Of a stretch of DNA of 64,000 bases, positions 42,403 to 54,493 are shown one piece after another. Made by a program: the position numbers and the translations under genes. Below the pieces are notes generated by a model. That model saw only the letters and a program-made list of their open reading frames with translations. It ran no database searches and had not been told where the DNA came from. Origin of the DNA: Octopus vulgaris (lineage: Eukaryota); assembly GCA_951406725.2 (NCBI GenBank), contig OX597817.1, positions 18,600,001 to 18,664,000 of the forward strand. The letters are read 5' to 3'. Each line of letters begins with the position of its first letter. Positions within the stretch are counted from its first letter, which is position 1.

Positions 42403-42420
42403 TGTATGTATGTATGTATA

Positions 42421-42706
42421 ATGGACTCTCGTCGAAGACGACGAGCGAGCGTTCATGTTGCTGAGCAACCTGCACAAGTGATTTGTTTATAGTGTGATCA
42501 AATATTCGTACTCAGTCTCTCCATCAAACTGACGTTGTCCGAACGTGGGCACTGTGTTCTACGTGTCAGGTGTCGAAACGATTGCAGTGCAACGTGAGAC
42601 GAAATGTTTTACTGAAGAACACAACGCACCAACCGGTCCAGAAGCTGAAACCACGATCTAACGTTCGTGAGTACAACACTCTAACAACCAGGCCATGCGT
42701 CCTCAT
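42421..42706 (-). mobile_element. Degenerate tRNA-derived SINE family D
   Basis: Head TGAGGACGCATGGCCTGGTTGTTAGAG...GTGGTTTCAG; tail hairpin CTCGTCGTCTTCGACGAG. Confidence 0.6.
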
Positions 42707-42726
42707 ATATATACATACATATATAT

Positions 42727-42774
<48 letters not shown>

Positions 42775-42857
42775 ATAGTAATGCAATACGAGAGTATTAC
42801 GTTCGCTATTTTCCAGTAAATATCGGTGCTTCGTTGTGCCATTTATTTACTTTTATG

Positions 42858-42888
<31 letters not shown>

Positions 42889-43222
42889 CTGTGTCTGTGT
42901 GTGTGTTCTCTAAATAAGACGCTTGTCTTTTATTGCTCTATTTACTCTCACGTTGAACGAAACTAAAGTGTTTTTCTATTTCTGTATGCTACTTATTCAT
43001 ATACTTCGACAACACCTGATTTCACTAAGATAATTTCAGTTTTCCCGATTCAAGCAGTTTATGTCCTCTGGACGCTTGAGTCGATTCCCCACTTGACTCA
43101 TTTCTACACCACCAGTGTATACTGACTATAATTTTCTGATAAGGTTCGTCTACCTCTATCCCTTTGCTGTTACAATGTCTATTACCAAAACAACAGCAAC
43201 AACAATATATATACATGCACAC

Positions 43223-43266
<44 letters not shown>

Positions 43267-43268
<2 letters not shown>

Positions 43269-43605
43269 TGCAGCGTGGGAGGTTTTATAGATTTAAGAAA
43301 CACAAAAGCCGTTCGATTCACCCAACATTTAAGTTTAATTTGTCAAAATATTTCGTGCTAAATCGCGACCTATACGACAAAGTCCGTGCTGCATCTCTAT
43401 TGAGATGCAGCACGGACTTTGTCAGTGAACAGGTCGCGGATTTTAGCGACGAAAATATTTTGACAAATTAAACTTAAATGTTGGAGTGAATCGAACGGCT
43501 TTTGTGTGTTTCTTAAATGGCTTATAAACACCTCCCACGCTGCAATTGTTTTCGTTTCAGCACACGATCTCAGATCAAATTACTTGCTATGCGAGTACAT
43601 CTCCG

Positions 43606-43610
<5 letters not shown>
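43267..43610. mobile_element. Second fold-back PLE-derived element in (TA)n
   Basis: Arms 43267-43397 and 43402-43546 around loop TATT; one-sided extension 43547-43610. Confidence 0.85.
43418..43467 (+). ncRNA. Minimal type I hammerhead motif with G3-C8 pair
   Basis: UUUGUCA-GUGAACA-G-GUCGC-GGAUUUUA-GCGAC-GAA-AAUAUU-U-UGACAAA: 7-bp stem I, 5-bp stem II, palindromic stem III. Confidence 0.7.
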
Positions 43611-43645
<35 letters not shown>

Positions 43646-43939
43646 CAACATATTAAGGAATGACCCTGAGAAGGTCATTCGACTCACTTGAAAAGAGCAG
43701 CTAAAACTCAAAACCGCAAAAAATAGTAGTAATTCTGAAACTAGAGGAAAATAAAAGACATTTATCCCCTTCAAACTTTGTACCCTGCAAGGTTTCAACA
43801 TCTTCACGCAATCAAATTTAATTAAATTAAATTAAATCCGTTTACGCTTGGCTTGTCTCGTCAGCAAAGTCACCAAAATAGGAGGCAGATATATATATAT
43901 ATATATATAAATATATATATATTTTTTTTATAGCCAATT

Positions 43940-44174
43940 AAGGCGGCGAACTGGCAGAATCGTTAGCACGTCGGGCGAAATGCTTAGCGGTATTTCATCT
44001 GCCGCTACGTTCTGAGTTCAAATTCCGCCGAGGTTGACTTTGCCTTTCATCCTTTCGGGGTCGATCAATAAAGTACCAGTTTCGCACTGGGGTCGATGTA
44101 ATCGACTTAATCCGTTTGTCTGTCCTTGTTTGTCCCCTCTATGTTTAGCCCCTTGTGGGCAATAAAGAAATATA
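43940..44174 (+). mobile_element. SINE family B, full length
   Basis: 11-bp TSD TATAGCCAATT (43929-43939, 44175-44185). Confidence 0.9.
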
Positions 44175-44519
44175 TATAGCCAATTCAAAAACAGAGTAAA
44201 AAAAGAAAAACAAACATGAGGACGTAGCAAAGCAATGTATTAATATGACGATCGGAAAGAGACAGATATGGGAGAGAGAGAGAGAGAGAGAGAGAGGGGG
44301 GAGAGAGGAGGGAGAGAAACAGAGAAAGCGTGTTGCGTATTTCGACGTTTTGTCGAAACCCGTGTATGCCCTGTAAATCTTTGAATACAACACTTGCTTT
44401 CTGTTTACTGTTTAATATACATACATACGTACATACGTACGTATGTATGTTTGTATGTATTTATGTATTTGTGTATGTATGTATGTATGTAAGTATGTAT
44501 GTATGCATGTATGTATGTA

Positions 44520-44580
<61 letters not shown>

Positions 44581-44585
<5 letters not shown>

Positions 44586-44792
44586 ATCCAAACAAGAAAA
44601 CACAAAAAAAAAACACAGCAACGCGAGGACGTGGAACAAATAAAGTATTATTGGACGCTCAGGAAAGAAGGGAAGAAGGAAGGTTTAACTTTTCGAGCGG
44701 AGCTCTTCGTCAGAAACATAGGAGAAGGAAAGATCCCGAGAAGGGAAGACAGAGGAAAAAAAATCGCTGGCGGTGTTCACGAGGTCACATGT
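44581..44792 (-). mobile_element. Solo Neptune-type pLTR with minimal HHR (44683-44717)
   Basis: Homologous to 19091-19290; GUUU-CUGACGA-A-GAGC-UCC-GCUC-GAAAA-GUU-AAAC. Confidence 0.75.
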
Positions 44793-44961
44793 TATATATA
44801 GGTGAGAAAGTTGGTGTGTGAAAGCACGTGGTTGGATGTATAAAAAATAGTAAAGAGTGAAAAAACTACAGAAGGCTTGTTTTATATGGTTAAAGAATAT
44901 ATTTAAGTCGTTATGTTAGAAAAATGTTATAAAATTTTGTGTATAGTAACATAGTTTTTGG

Positions 44962-45007
44962 AGAAATAACCGGTTTCGTGTAAACTTTTCAAACTTCTCA
45001 AATTTCT
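44962..45007 (-). ncRNA. Minimal type I hammerhead motif with U3-A8 pair
   Basis: AGAAAU-UUGAGAA-GUUUGAA-AAG-UUUACAC-GAA-ACCGGU-U-AUUUCU. Confidence 0.65.
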
Positions 45008-45235
45008 TTACCTACATCGTGTCATATCTTCGTTATGAAGTGCAAAGAAGAGTTCCAGGCAGGAGGAGGTAATATATATATATGTATATATGTGTGTGTA
45101 TATATAGATATATATAGTTAGTACCTAACTGGTCTCACATCTCTTTTCCTCATTAGGATTAATATGAATCTCCTAGATTCTAATTTGCTATCTACTTTCT
45201 GAAGTCCTTTGTAAAACATGTGTTTATACTCCCTT

Positions 45236-45345
45236 GTACTGATGAATACATTGATATGTAATTGATTCAAATAATTTATTTAATTAATTCAATTCAACCA
45301 TGAATTTGCATGATTTTCATATCTCTTTACGAAACGATCGTATGC
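45236..45345 (+). ncRNA. Type I hammerhead motif (C3-G8), long imperfect stem II
   Basis: GUA-CUGAUGA-...GAUAUG...CAUAUC...-GAA-ACGAUCGU-A-UGC. Confidence 0.55.
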
Positions 45346-45584
45346 ATGAATTAAAATTCTCTTATACATTTTAACATCTTGTGTTCTTTATCTTTAACAA
45401 AGTTTTTGAGTTTTATGGGATTTCTTTCCATAAATTCACAACACATCATGTACAAGTGTTATTTTTATATTTGCAAACTGACGCCTGTAAACTACTAGCA
45501 AAATATGGAAACCTCCGTATTAAAGGAATCTAATTCAAACTTTTTACACCTATATATGTAAATATATATATGTTTATGTATGTA

Positions 45585-45747
<163 letters not shown>

Positions 45748-46246
45748 TTATCTATCTATCTTCATACACATTCATTTATGTATGTCTGCATACATATAAT
45801 CGAGTGTCTATATTCATTTATAGGAAATTATAGGAGCAAAAATTAGAACTGATAGATATATATTGAAAAAGATAGAAAGCAATTTGAAGTAATACCTGGA
45901 CTTAATGATGATGAAAGACTGCTCGTCAAAAAAATTCTAAAATGTGACAGACATGTTCATTGGCAAAGAAAGAGAAGAAAAGATGAAGCTGAATAAAAAA
46001 TAATAATAATAGCCTATCGTAGATAGATTTCCAATAATATTGTTATACTTCCTCGTATATTTATTTATTCAAGTTAATAAATGAAATACAACAATGATTG
46101 ATTATTTCCATTAAAATATAATGCAGAACATGATACACACACATAGCACATTAACAACGACAGCGCCCGCGCAAACACTCACAGAGGAGAGAGATAGACA
46201 GGAAGAGAGAGACAGAAACAACGATATATGTATATATGTATATATG

Positions 46247-46278
<32 letters not shown>

Positions 46279-46333
46279 CACATACGTTATACACACACAC
46301 ACACACGCACGCACGCACACACACACACACACA

Positions 46334-46364
<31 letters not shown>

Positions 46365-46538
46365 GCACATATATATATATATGTGTGTATACAAAGAGAA
46401 AGAGAGAGCAATTTTTTTTTCACATTTAGAAACAAGAAATACATGAATGAATAACGTAATCGATCTTTGAGGAATTTATTTGAATGACCCTTTGAAGACC
46501 ATCCTATTGCAGTTTTAGCGTTTCTTTTTTGTTTTAAG

Positions 46539-46790
46539 AGGTGGAAGTCGCTGTCTGCGGGGGAAAATTGTGCAGATGAGATTCTGAGGAAGCCTAAGCT
46601 GTTCGATCTAGTGAATTTACCTGCTGAGTGGCTGAGCATTCTATAGACCATATAACTCCTATACAATTCGCAGGAAGAATGTGCGTGAACCAACGTTGTA
46701 CCTTGGCTGCACTATTGAGTTTCAGTACAACCCACCAGATGGACTCCAACCTGTTTCCTTGGGTGATCCTCGGCAATGACAAAAGACAAG
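46539..46790 (+). other. Candidate host exon, unverified
   Basis: Unique higher-GC block between TTTCTTTTTTGTTTTAAG| and AAG|GTAAAC; ATG at 46679 is open to the donor. No recognisable homology. Confidence 0.2.
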
Positions 46791-47274
46791 GTAAACTTAC
46801 TACGTGCTTTTATAGCAAGTTGATGCAGGTAGTTTATTCCGTCCCGCTCCGACTTTTAGTTCACGCAATTGAAAAAACTGCACTATTTATGGGATGACCC
46901 CAAAACACACACACACACACACACACACAATCACGTGCGCGCACAAAAACATCTTAAGTGTTAGGACTAGCATCAGGAAATACCTAATTAGCAAGCTATA
47001 AGCATGAATCAGAGAGGACGCTTCCAGGCATACTGAGGAGGAAATGAAGGATAGTATATCTACTATTATGGACACATGGCTAACAGATGAAAATATGGTA
47101 CAATATTATATAAGACTAAACGGCACCTTATATGCTAATGTTACGTAGCTAACAAGAAAATATGCATATCTATACACGTCTGTATACAAACAAACATGGG
47201 TATATATAAGTAAGTAAAATATATTGATTTGCATAACATAATTTTTAATGTAATGCACGCGTGCAGATTTACAA

Positions 47275-47332
<58 letters not shown>

Positions 47333-47707
47333 TGAAGTCGCTACAACAGTGCGTCGTTGGTCAGGTGTGCAGGTGTAGTACATGATTTCGACATGATTTC
47401 GACAAGCATAGTAGTTTATATTGTATATGACCTGCAAAATTGCGGCACATTTTCCAGTCACATTGAGATTTATCTAAGTTAGAAATGATATCTCCTCAGG
47501 TGGAAAAAAATGTAGAAAGTATCACTATATTCTAGTCCCGTCAAACCGATTATTATAACATACCTGATCAAATTTGACAATGAATGATCATCACTCTTCG
47601 GAACATCATTTCTATAAAATAATTACCTATTTCTACCATTTCTATAAAGTAGTTACATACTGGCAAGAACGTATAGGTAAGCACCTACGAACAGTTATAT
47701 AAAGTGA

Positions 47708-47740
<33 letters not shown>

Positions 47741-47920
47741 AGAGCCTGTTTATTTCAGGCAAAGGAGATTGGGCGAAATTCTAAGGGTGAGAAAACTCTA
47801 CATGAACTGTCGAATTAAGTTAAACCACAATAGAAGCCTGGAATGTATTTGCATATTTAAAGGCTCACATGCTACTGCATGTGCACCGCTAGTTACCTGA
47901 AGGTATTATAAATTCTTTGA

Positions 47921-48334
47921 AGGCGGGGAGCTGGTAGAAACGTTAGCACGCCGGGCGAAATGCTTAGCGGTATTTCGTCTGCCGCAACGTTCTGAGTTCA
48001 AATTCTGCCGAGGTCGACTTTGCCTTTCATCCTTTCGGGGTCGATTAAATAAGTACCAGTTACGCACTGGGGTCGATATAATCGACTTAATCCGTTTGTC
48101 TGTCCTTATTTGTCCCCTCTGTGTGTTACCCCTTGTGGGTAGTAAAGAAATAGGTAGTTCGTCTGCCGTTACGTTCTGAGTTCAAATTCCGCCGAGGTCG
48201 ACTTTGCCTTTCATCCTTTCGGGGTCGATTAAATAAGTACCAGTTACGCACTGGTGTCGATATAATCGACTTAATCCGTTTGTCTGTCCTTGTTTGTCCC
48301 CTCTATGTTTAGCCCCTTGTGGGCAGTAAAGAAA
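47921..48334 (+). mobile_element. SINE B dimer or nested pair
   Basis: Outer 21-bp TSD AAGGTATTATA(A/T)ATTCTTTGA (47900-47920, 48335-48355); second unit starts at 48153. Confidence 0.9.
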
Positions 48335-48407
48335 AAGGTATTATATATTCTTTGATAAGGCAATGAAACCGGTCTCAAACATGAAAGGCATATGTGAATA
48401 TTATGGT

Positions 48408-48763
48408 CGTGGCACTCTGTCGGTTACAACGACGAGGGTTCCAGTTCATCTGATCAACCGAAGAACAGCCTGCTCGTGAAACTAACATGCAAGCGGCTGA
48501 GCACTCCACAGACACGTGTACCATTAACGTAGTTCTCAGGAAGATTCAGTGTGGCACAGTGTGTGACAAAGCTGGCCCTTTGAAATACAGGTACAACAGA
48601 AACAGGAAGAAAGTGAAAATTGTGGTGAAAGAGTACAGCAGGGTTCACTCCCCCCCACCAGCCAGAGCCTCCTGAAGTTTTAGGGGATTTCGCTCTATAA
48701 ACACAACGCCCGAATCGAAACCGTGATCCCACGACTCTAACCACTGGGCCATTGCGCCTCCAC
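48408..48763 (-). mobile_element. SINE family C
   Basis: 12-bp TSD GAATATTATGGT (48396-48407, 48764-48775). Confidence 0.9.
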
Positions 48764-49073
48764 GAATATTATGGTAAGTACATAACCCTTAAAAATATTA
48801 TCTGCTGAAGACTATACGGATGGATTAGCAAACCACGTAAATCACGCGTGATGAAATTAAACAAGTTCTTGATCTCATTTAAACGTATGCATAAGCATAA
48901 ACGTAAGAGCGTGTACATACATACATACATACAGACATACATACATACACACATACATACATACATACATACATACATACACATACATATATGTATATAT
49001 ATATATATATATGTTAGTTTGCTATACACACACACTACACATATACGCGCACACACACATATACGTACAAACA

Positions 49074-49138
<65 letters not shown>

Positions 49139-49391
49139 CTAATGTAGGATAACATTTTTTCCGAAAAAAATTCTTTTCCAGAAAAATTTTATCAATGGCC
49201 AGCATATTAAAAAATACCTTTAAAGGTTAAATTTATAAACAATTCATAAATAAGGGCAAACGAAAAAATTTCTAATGCCAAATATGCCGAAAAATTGGAC
49301 ATATTGTCCATTAACCATATAATGTTTTCACAATACGCACGCTACTCGAAAAAAGGTCGACAGAAATTTCTAAAATATTTCCATTATTACC

Positions 49392-49446
49392 ATATCGGAC
49401 TGATTTCAGGGTTAGCTTATAACAGCCCTCCCTTCGTCAGTGATAC
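49392..49446 (-). ncRNA. Type I hammerhead motif (C3-G8) in a probable PLE pLTR (~49143-49660)
   Basis: GUAUCA-CUGACGA-AGGG...CCCU-GAAAUCA-GUC-CGAUAU; one mismatch at the base of stem I; block abuts (TA)n. Confidence 0.6.
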
Positions 49447-50833
49447 ATGTGGCAAAAGAAATAAATGAGATACTTACTCATACCCATGGAAGAAGCAAAA
49501 CACTAAGTCATGAGCACAATTAAGTACCCCAAATACATCCAAAATAGAAATACTCCAGCCCATTCGAGACACGTGCGATTTGAACTGAGGCTCTCACAGA
49601 GTGAAAGAATCCGGAAGTGAACGCTTAAATTTATATCTAATGTGGGATTAAATTTTTTTCGAAAAAAAATCTTTTGTATATATTTATTTATACCAAAAAC
49701 ACACACACACACACACATTGTGAGGGTCATTCTGATTATATTAACAGACCTTACACTCTGGTGGCAGTTCATATGTATTGTTCACTATACAAATAATGAA
49801 ATGAGTTCATTAACTATTGATTAGTGTGTATTAAATTTATCGCTATATTACTGTGACTTTTCTTTATGAATCCCACAATTTCCCATCCTCCAACAGGCTT
49901 ACTGCTTTTGTATTTGCCCTGTTGTCAAGCGTTATGCATATTTTGTCAAGCAAATGTGTGTGTTATCACATCAATGTTTTCTTGGCATTATACTCGTTTT
50001 TATTGTTTATTCACCTCATCGCTTTTGTTGGTGCGAACATGAAAATATATTTTTTTTTCTGCATATAGTTTTGATGGTTGTGCGATTGCCATAGCGTGAT
50101 TGCCTGTACATAGCGTTTCGGCATTCCAATCTGTGATTCGCGTGTGCTGCTCGATTTTAGTTGACTTTAATCTTATTTTACACTCGTTCGTTTATTACTG
50201 CAATGATGTGGATACGGAGGTGTTGTTGCTCGTTTAATTCTTTCTGTTAAACGTGTACATGGATTTAGAATCCGTTCCCAGTTTGATAACCAATTTGATA
50301 ATGTCCGATTTTTCGGATGTGTGGAGAACTTTTATTGCAACATTGTTTATTAATACGTTGCGTTTCTCTGTCATATTGGTAATGTGTGGATGCCTGCTTT
50401 TCTTTTTTTTTTTCTTTTATAATCGCGTTCAGTGTTCTCTGATAATTTACAGACGCGATACACACACTGATACACATCCTTCCATAGAAAAAAATCAGGG
50501 GAATAAGAGTGACACCGAAATCATGTGTTATCACCATCATGAACACACTAATGCAAAATCGTGGATTGAATAATACTAAAATCGTTTTCAGGCAGCATCA
50601 TAAATCACAAAAGTACATCGTACCAAAACTCAGCCCCCCAAACACCCATAATCTCTATTCACGTGAACAATGCGCAACCTGAGAATACACACACACGCAC
50701 TCACACAATGCACAGAGCGCAAACTGAGACGCACATACAGGTGCACACATCGATGCACACACATTTCTTTCGTTGGCTCTAAAGAAAATAAAATAAATGA
50801 AAATAAACATAAAATGATGTTTCTTGCCACTAC

Positions 50834-51029
50834 AACATGGCTGTTCCGTACGGAACAATGTTACTACTCTTTCTGAAGTGTAGGAGAACAACTCCTCCAG
50901 CTGGTCCTGCCAAACCGCGTGATGGTAGGGGTTCGATCCTCTGCTCGTAATATATCGGACGCAGGTTGTGTCGTTAATCAGAGATTAAAAAAGAGTAGTA
51001 ACCGTTGCTCCGTACGGAAGAGTCATGTT
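50834..51029. mobile_element. MITE-like unit with ~40-bp imperfect inverted repeats
   Basis: AACATGGCTGTTCCGTACGGAACAATGTTACTACTCTTT and AAAGAGTAGTAACCGTTGCTCCGTACGGAAGAGTCATGTT. Confidence 0.6.
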
Positions 51030-51345
51030 TGCTGTTGAAACAAAATGAATGCCGTAAAATTAAAAACAATAGCACACAACATACGTATATATGCCTAGCA
51101 ACATACAAACGATATTTCACAATATAAACAAGGACGAAAGAAATTCTGTTCCAGAAGAGAAATCATTGAAATCGTTGATAAAATGCCAGTAGTGTGCTGA
51201 TAAATTTATTAAAAGCTAATCAGTAATTAAATCATTAATTAATTTTTAACAGTAAAACTTAATGGAACTACTACAACGGGTGGATGAGATTATTTTCAAG
51301 AAGACCACATGGAACTAGAACAGTCATAACTATTCCAAAATACTC

Positions 51346-51742
51346 AGCATGGCTGTGTGGTTAAAAATTCGCTTCGCAACCACGTGACGTCTTGCGCAAG
51401 TGTCGTCTAGAATAACGCCGGGCATATCAATGACTGGTGAGTGAATTTAGTAATGCTAACCGTGTAGACACCCCTTATGTATGTATGTATGTATGTATGT
51501 ATGTATGTATGTATGTATGTATGTATGTATGTATGTATGTATGTAGGCCTGTCTTTATATTTGTCGTCCATCACCAGAGAAATGTTGTTAGTTGCTTTAC
51601 GTTCCTGTAACTTAGTAGTTCAGCAAAAGAGTCCGATGGAATAAATTCCAGATTTGTTTTTTAAAAAGAAAACATTTTGTTCGACCATCTCTGTAAACCA
51701 GCGTTACGGCATGGCTGCAGTCCAATGACTAAGACAAGTGAA
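51346..51742 (+). mobile_element. Old SINE family A-like copy
   Basis: GCATGGCTGTGTGGTTAA head; CATGGCTGCAGTCCAATGACT tail. Confidence 0.65.
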
Positions 51743-52236
51743 GGGGCTATGGTTTGTTTACAGTACTTTTTGCACCGCTTCTGGCAGATGCTTGTTGTTG
51801 GAACTGTTTCGACATGAAAGTATTTAAGTTTGCATGAGCTTCGTCCCAGTATTGTTTTAACCACTTCATGTCTCCGATTGAAGGGTCATCTGAGACTTTT
51901 TCATAGCACCGAAATAAATTTTGGTTTAGTTGTTGAGTCCAAGTAAAATTAGAAGAGTACTTACGTCTTCTTAAAGAACTTACTTGTGAAGTAGTTCTGT
52001 TTTCATCGGTGGTGACGTTGTTAGTTTCATCTGTATTGGTGTTAGTTTCAGCTATAATCGCGTTAGAGGAGAGATTCTACATGCTGTAGTTGTATATTTT
52101 AAAATATGTTCAGGATAGCGCTACGATGGCGAATAAAAGGAGTTTCTCTTATTGATTATTGGAGAAATAAACCAGTTATCGATTTAAGCCGAAGAAGTCG
52201 GCATATTTCTAGAGGAAGGCGTTCAAAATGGACTTT

Positions 52237-52520
52237 TTAAAACGGTCCTCTACACCTGCACGTCCGGTATTGACGGTGCCATGATGTGTCAGGCATGTGG
52301 AAGAAAGTGTAATTCGGCAGGAGGACTTAAACGACATGCACAAGTACATGAAGCCCAGTTACAACTACAGCCGGCTATTACCGGTAAAGGTTTTAGCTGC
52401 CAATTCTGTACAAGACATTGTAGATCTTTAGCTGGGCTAAAATGTCACATTCGATCACAGCACCAATAACAGCTAAGCTTCGTGCAATGGCTATACTCGA
52501 TAACGAGGGGGCAGCCATCA
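52237..52520 (+). pseudogene. RTE-clade LINE 3' end encoding two C2H2 zinc fingers
   Basis: CQACGRKCNSAGGLKRHAQVH and CQFCTRHCRSLAGLKCHIRSQH*, then tail hairpin CTCG-ATAA-CGAG and (TATG)n. Confidence 0.75.
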
Positions 52521-53700
52521 TGTATGTATGTATGTATGTATGTATGTATGTCAAAGTATTCCTTCTGCCGGAGAGAAGCTAACATAACTACACTGCTGAT
52601 GACACCTATCAGAGTAGAAACACATACCCATTGATGTCTGCTTGCCTCAAGACCATAAGACTCTTTTTTTCTTTGATGGTAAAATTCTTGATTCTTGAGA
52701 TTATCCACCCCTTTTTACCAGTATTGTGTCTTAAGTGCTACCAAGCGATTATTTTACCTTCTTAGTAAATAAAGATAACTTCCATACATACGGAATTACA
52801 TAGCCTTCTATTTAATATATTATTATACGTCTTTGTTTTTCTTTCTGACCATGCTGTGTTGGCTGGTGCTACGATAAAGAGCTATGTTGAGAAATTTACA
52901 TTATGTGATAATTATACTTTTCTTTTTTTTTTGTTGTTTTTCGCTATATCCATTCATGCAAAATTTGCATTGAGAATCGCTAAACACCTTACATCCTCTA
53001 CTTCGGCTATTGAATAAGTTGGTGTGATCACTGCGCTTTCTTACACTGTCAAACTCAATTGATACGGTCGACAAGAAAACGAATGGCAACCCCAATAACA
53101 AGTATGTAGATATGTCAAATTACACCAATGCAATATATGAAACTTTTCAGGAATGCAGATTCTGCAGTATTGATTGGAGGTTTTGTCGGATGTAATTTAA
53201 AACTGTGACACTAAAGAGATTGACTTCCACTATCAATGCGCTTGTCTTTCTTTTCTATTTAATCTAGAGATCTTCGTGTTGTTATATGTTTGACCATCAA
53301 TCACTACCCGATAATCTCTTCTCAGAATGCCTGACATCTCAAAATGACATTAGTATGTGTAGATGCGCGTGAGTTTGAAAACATCATTTCTAATACTGTT
53401 TAATAACGATATTAAAAGAGAAGTTGATAGCCCATGCATATCTTTGCATAAACACATACACACACGGGCGCACATTTCATTATAGATTAAACTGTACAAG
53501 CTGTTTCCTTCTTAACTTCGTAATCTCTGAATATTAATGATAATCTCTTTATGTTAATGATAAAACTATTAAAACACGATTTCAAACACATGGAGATATG
53601 TGTCATGAATAAAAGCTTTTGGAAGGGAGAAAGAAAACCTTTATATTTGTTATTTCAGGTTTTCTTATCGTAATATGTGATTAGAGATCTTTAACGTCCG

Positions 53701-53780
<80 letters not shown>

Positions 53781-53829
53781 ACTACTACTACTGCTGCTGC
53801 TACCACTACTACTACTACTACTGCTGCTG

Positions 53830-53881
<52 letters not shown>

Positions 53882-54143
53882 AACTACTACCTCTGCTGCT
53901 GCTGCTACCACCACCACCACCACCACCACAAACACCACCACCACCACCACTGCCACCGCCACCACAACCACCATCACCATCACCATCACCACAACCACCA
54001 CCACCACCACCACCGCCACCGCCACCACAACCACCATCACCACCACCACCACCACCACCACCACCACCACCACCACCACCGCCGCCACCACCACCGCCAC
54101 CACCACCGCCACCACCACCGCCACCACCACCGCCACCACCACC

Positions 54144-54210
<67 letters not shown>

Positions 54211-54224
54211 ATAATAATAATAAT
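53701..54224. repeat. Compound trinucleotide array (CTA/CTG/CCA/CCG/TAA)
   Basis: Direct reading. Confidence 0.95.
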
Positions 54225-54493
54225 TCTTTTGTGTATTGCCTATATATAGACGTTTGTCGTTGTTGCTCTATAATTATATATGTTGCCTTTGTTGTTGTTG
54301 CTCTATAATTGATCCAGTGCATATCGGTGACTTTCAGCACAATGTCATCAACGCTTCGTTACTGTCCCAGCAAGGGAAGTTCGAAACCATGTTACGACAC
54401 CAAGTAGGTTTATTTAAACTATTAATGCTACTGAGTAGCACGTCTTAAATATAAGCTTTTCTTTTTTATTATTAAATCGAGTTACAATGCAAT

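Noticed and set aside
43267-43381. Single-base deletions in the left arm as biological divergence
   Set aside because: The scattered 1-nt losses look like long-read error through a hairpin; needs read-level checking.
43686-43730. U3-A8 hammerhead candidate UUGAAAA-GAG...CUC-AAAAC
   Set aside because: G12 is missing and the stems are only 2-3 bp.
52281-52469. Host C2H2 zinc-finger gene
   Set aside because: No TGEKP linker; followed at once by an RTE-type tail that recurs at 62917.
52592-52645. CUGAUGA...GAAAC
   Set aside because: Stems I and II do not pair convincingly.
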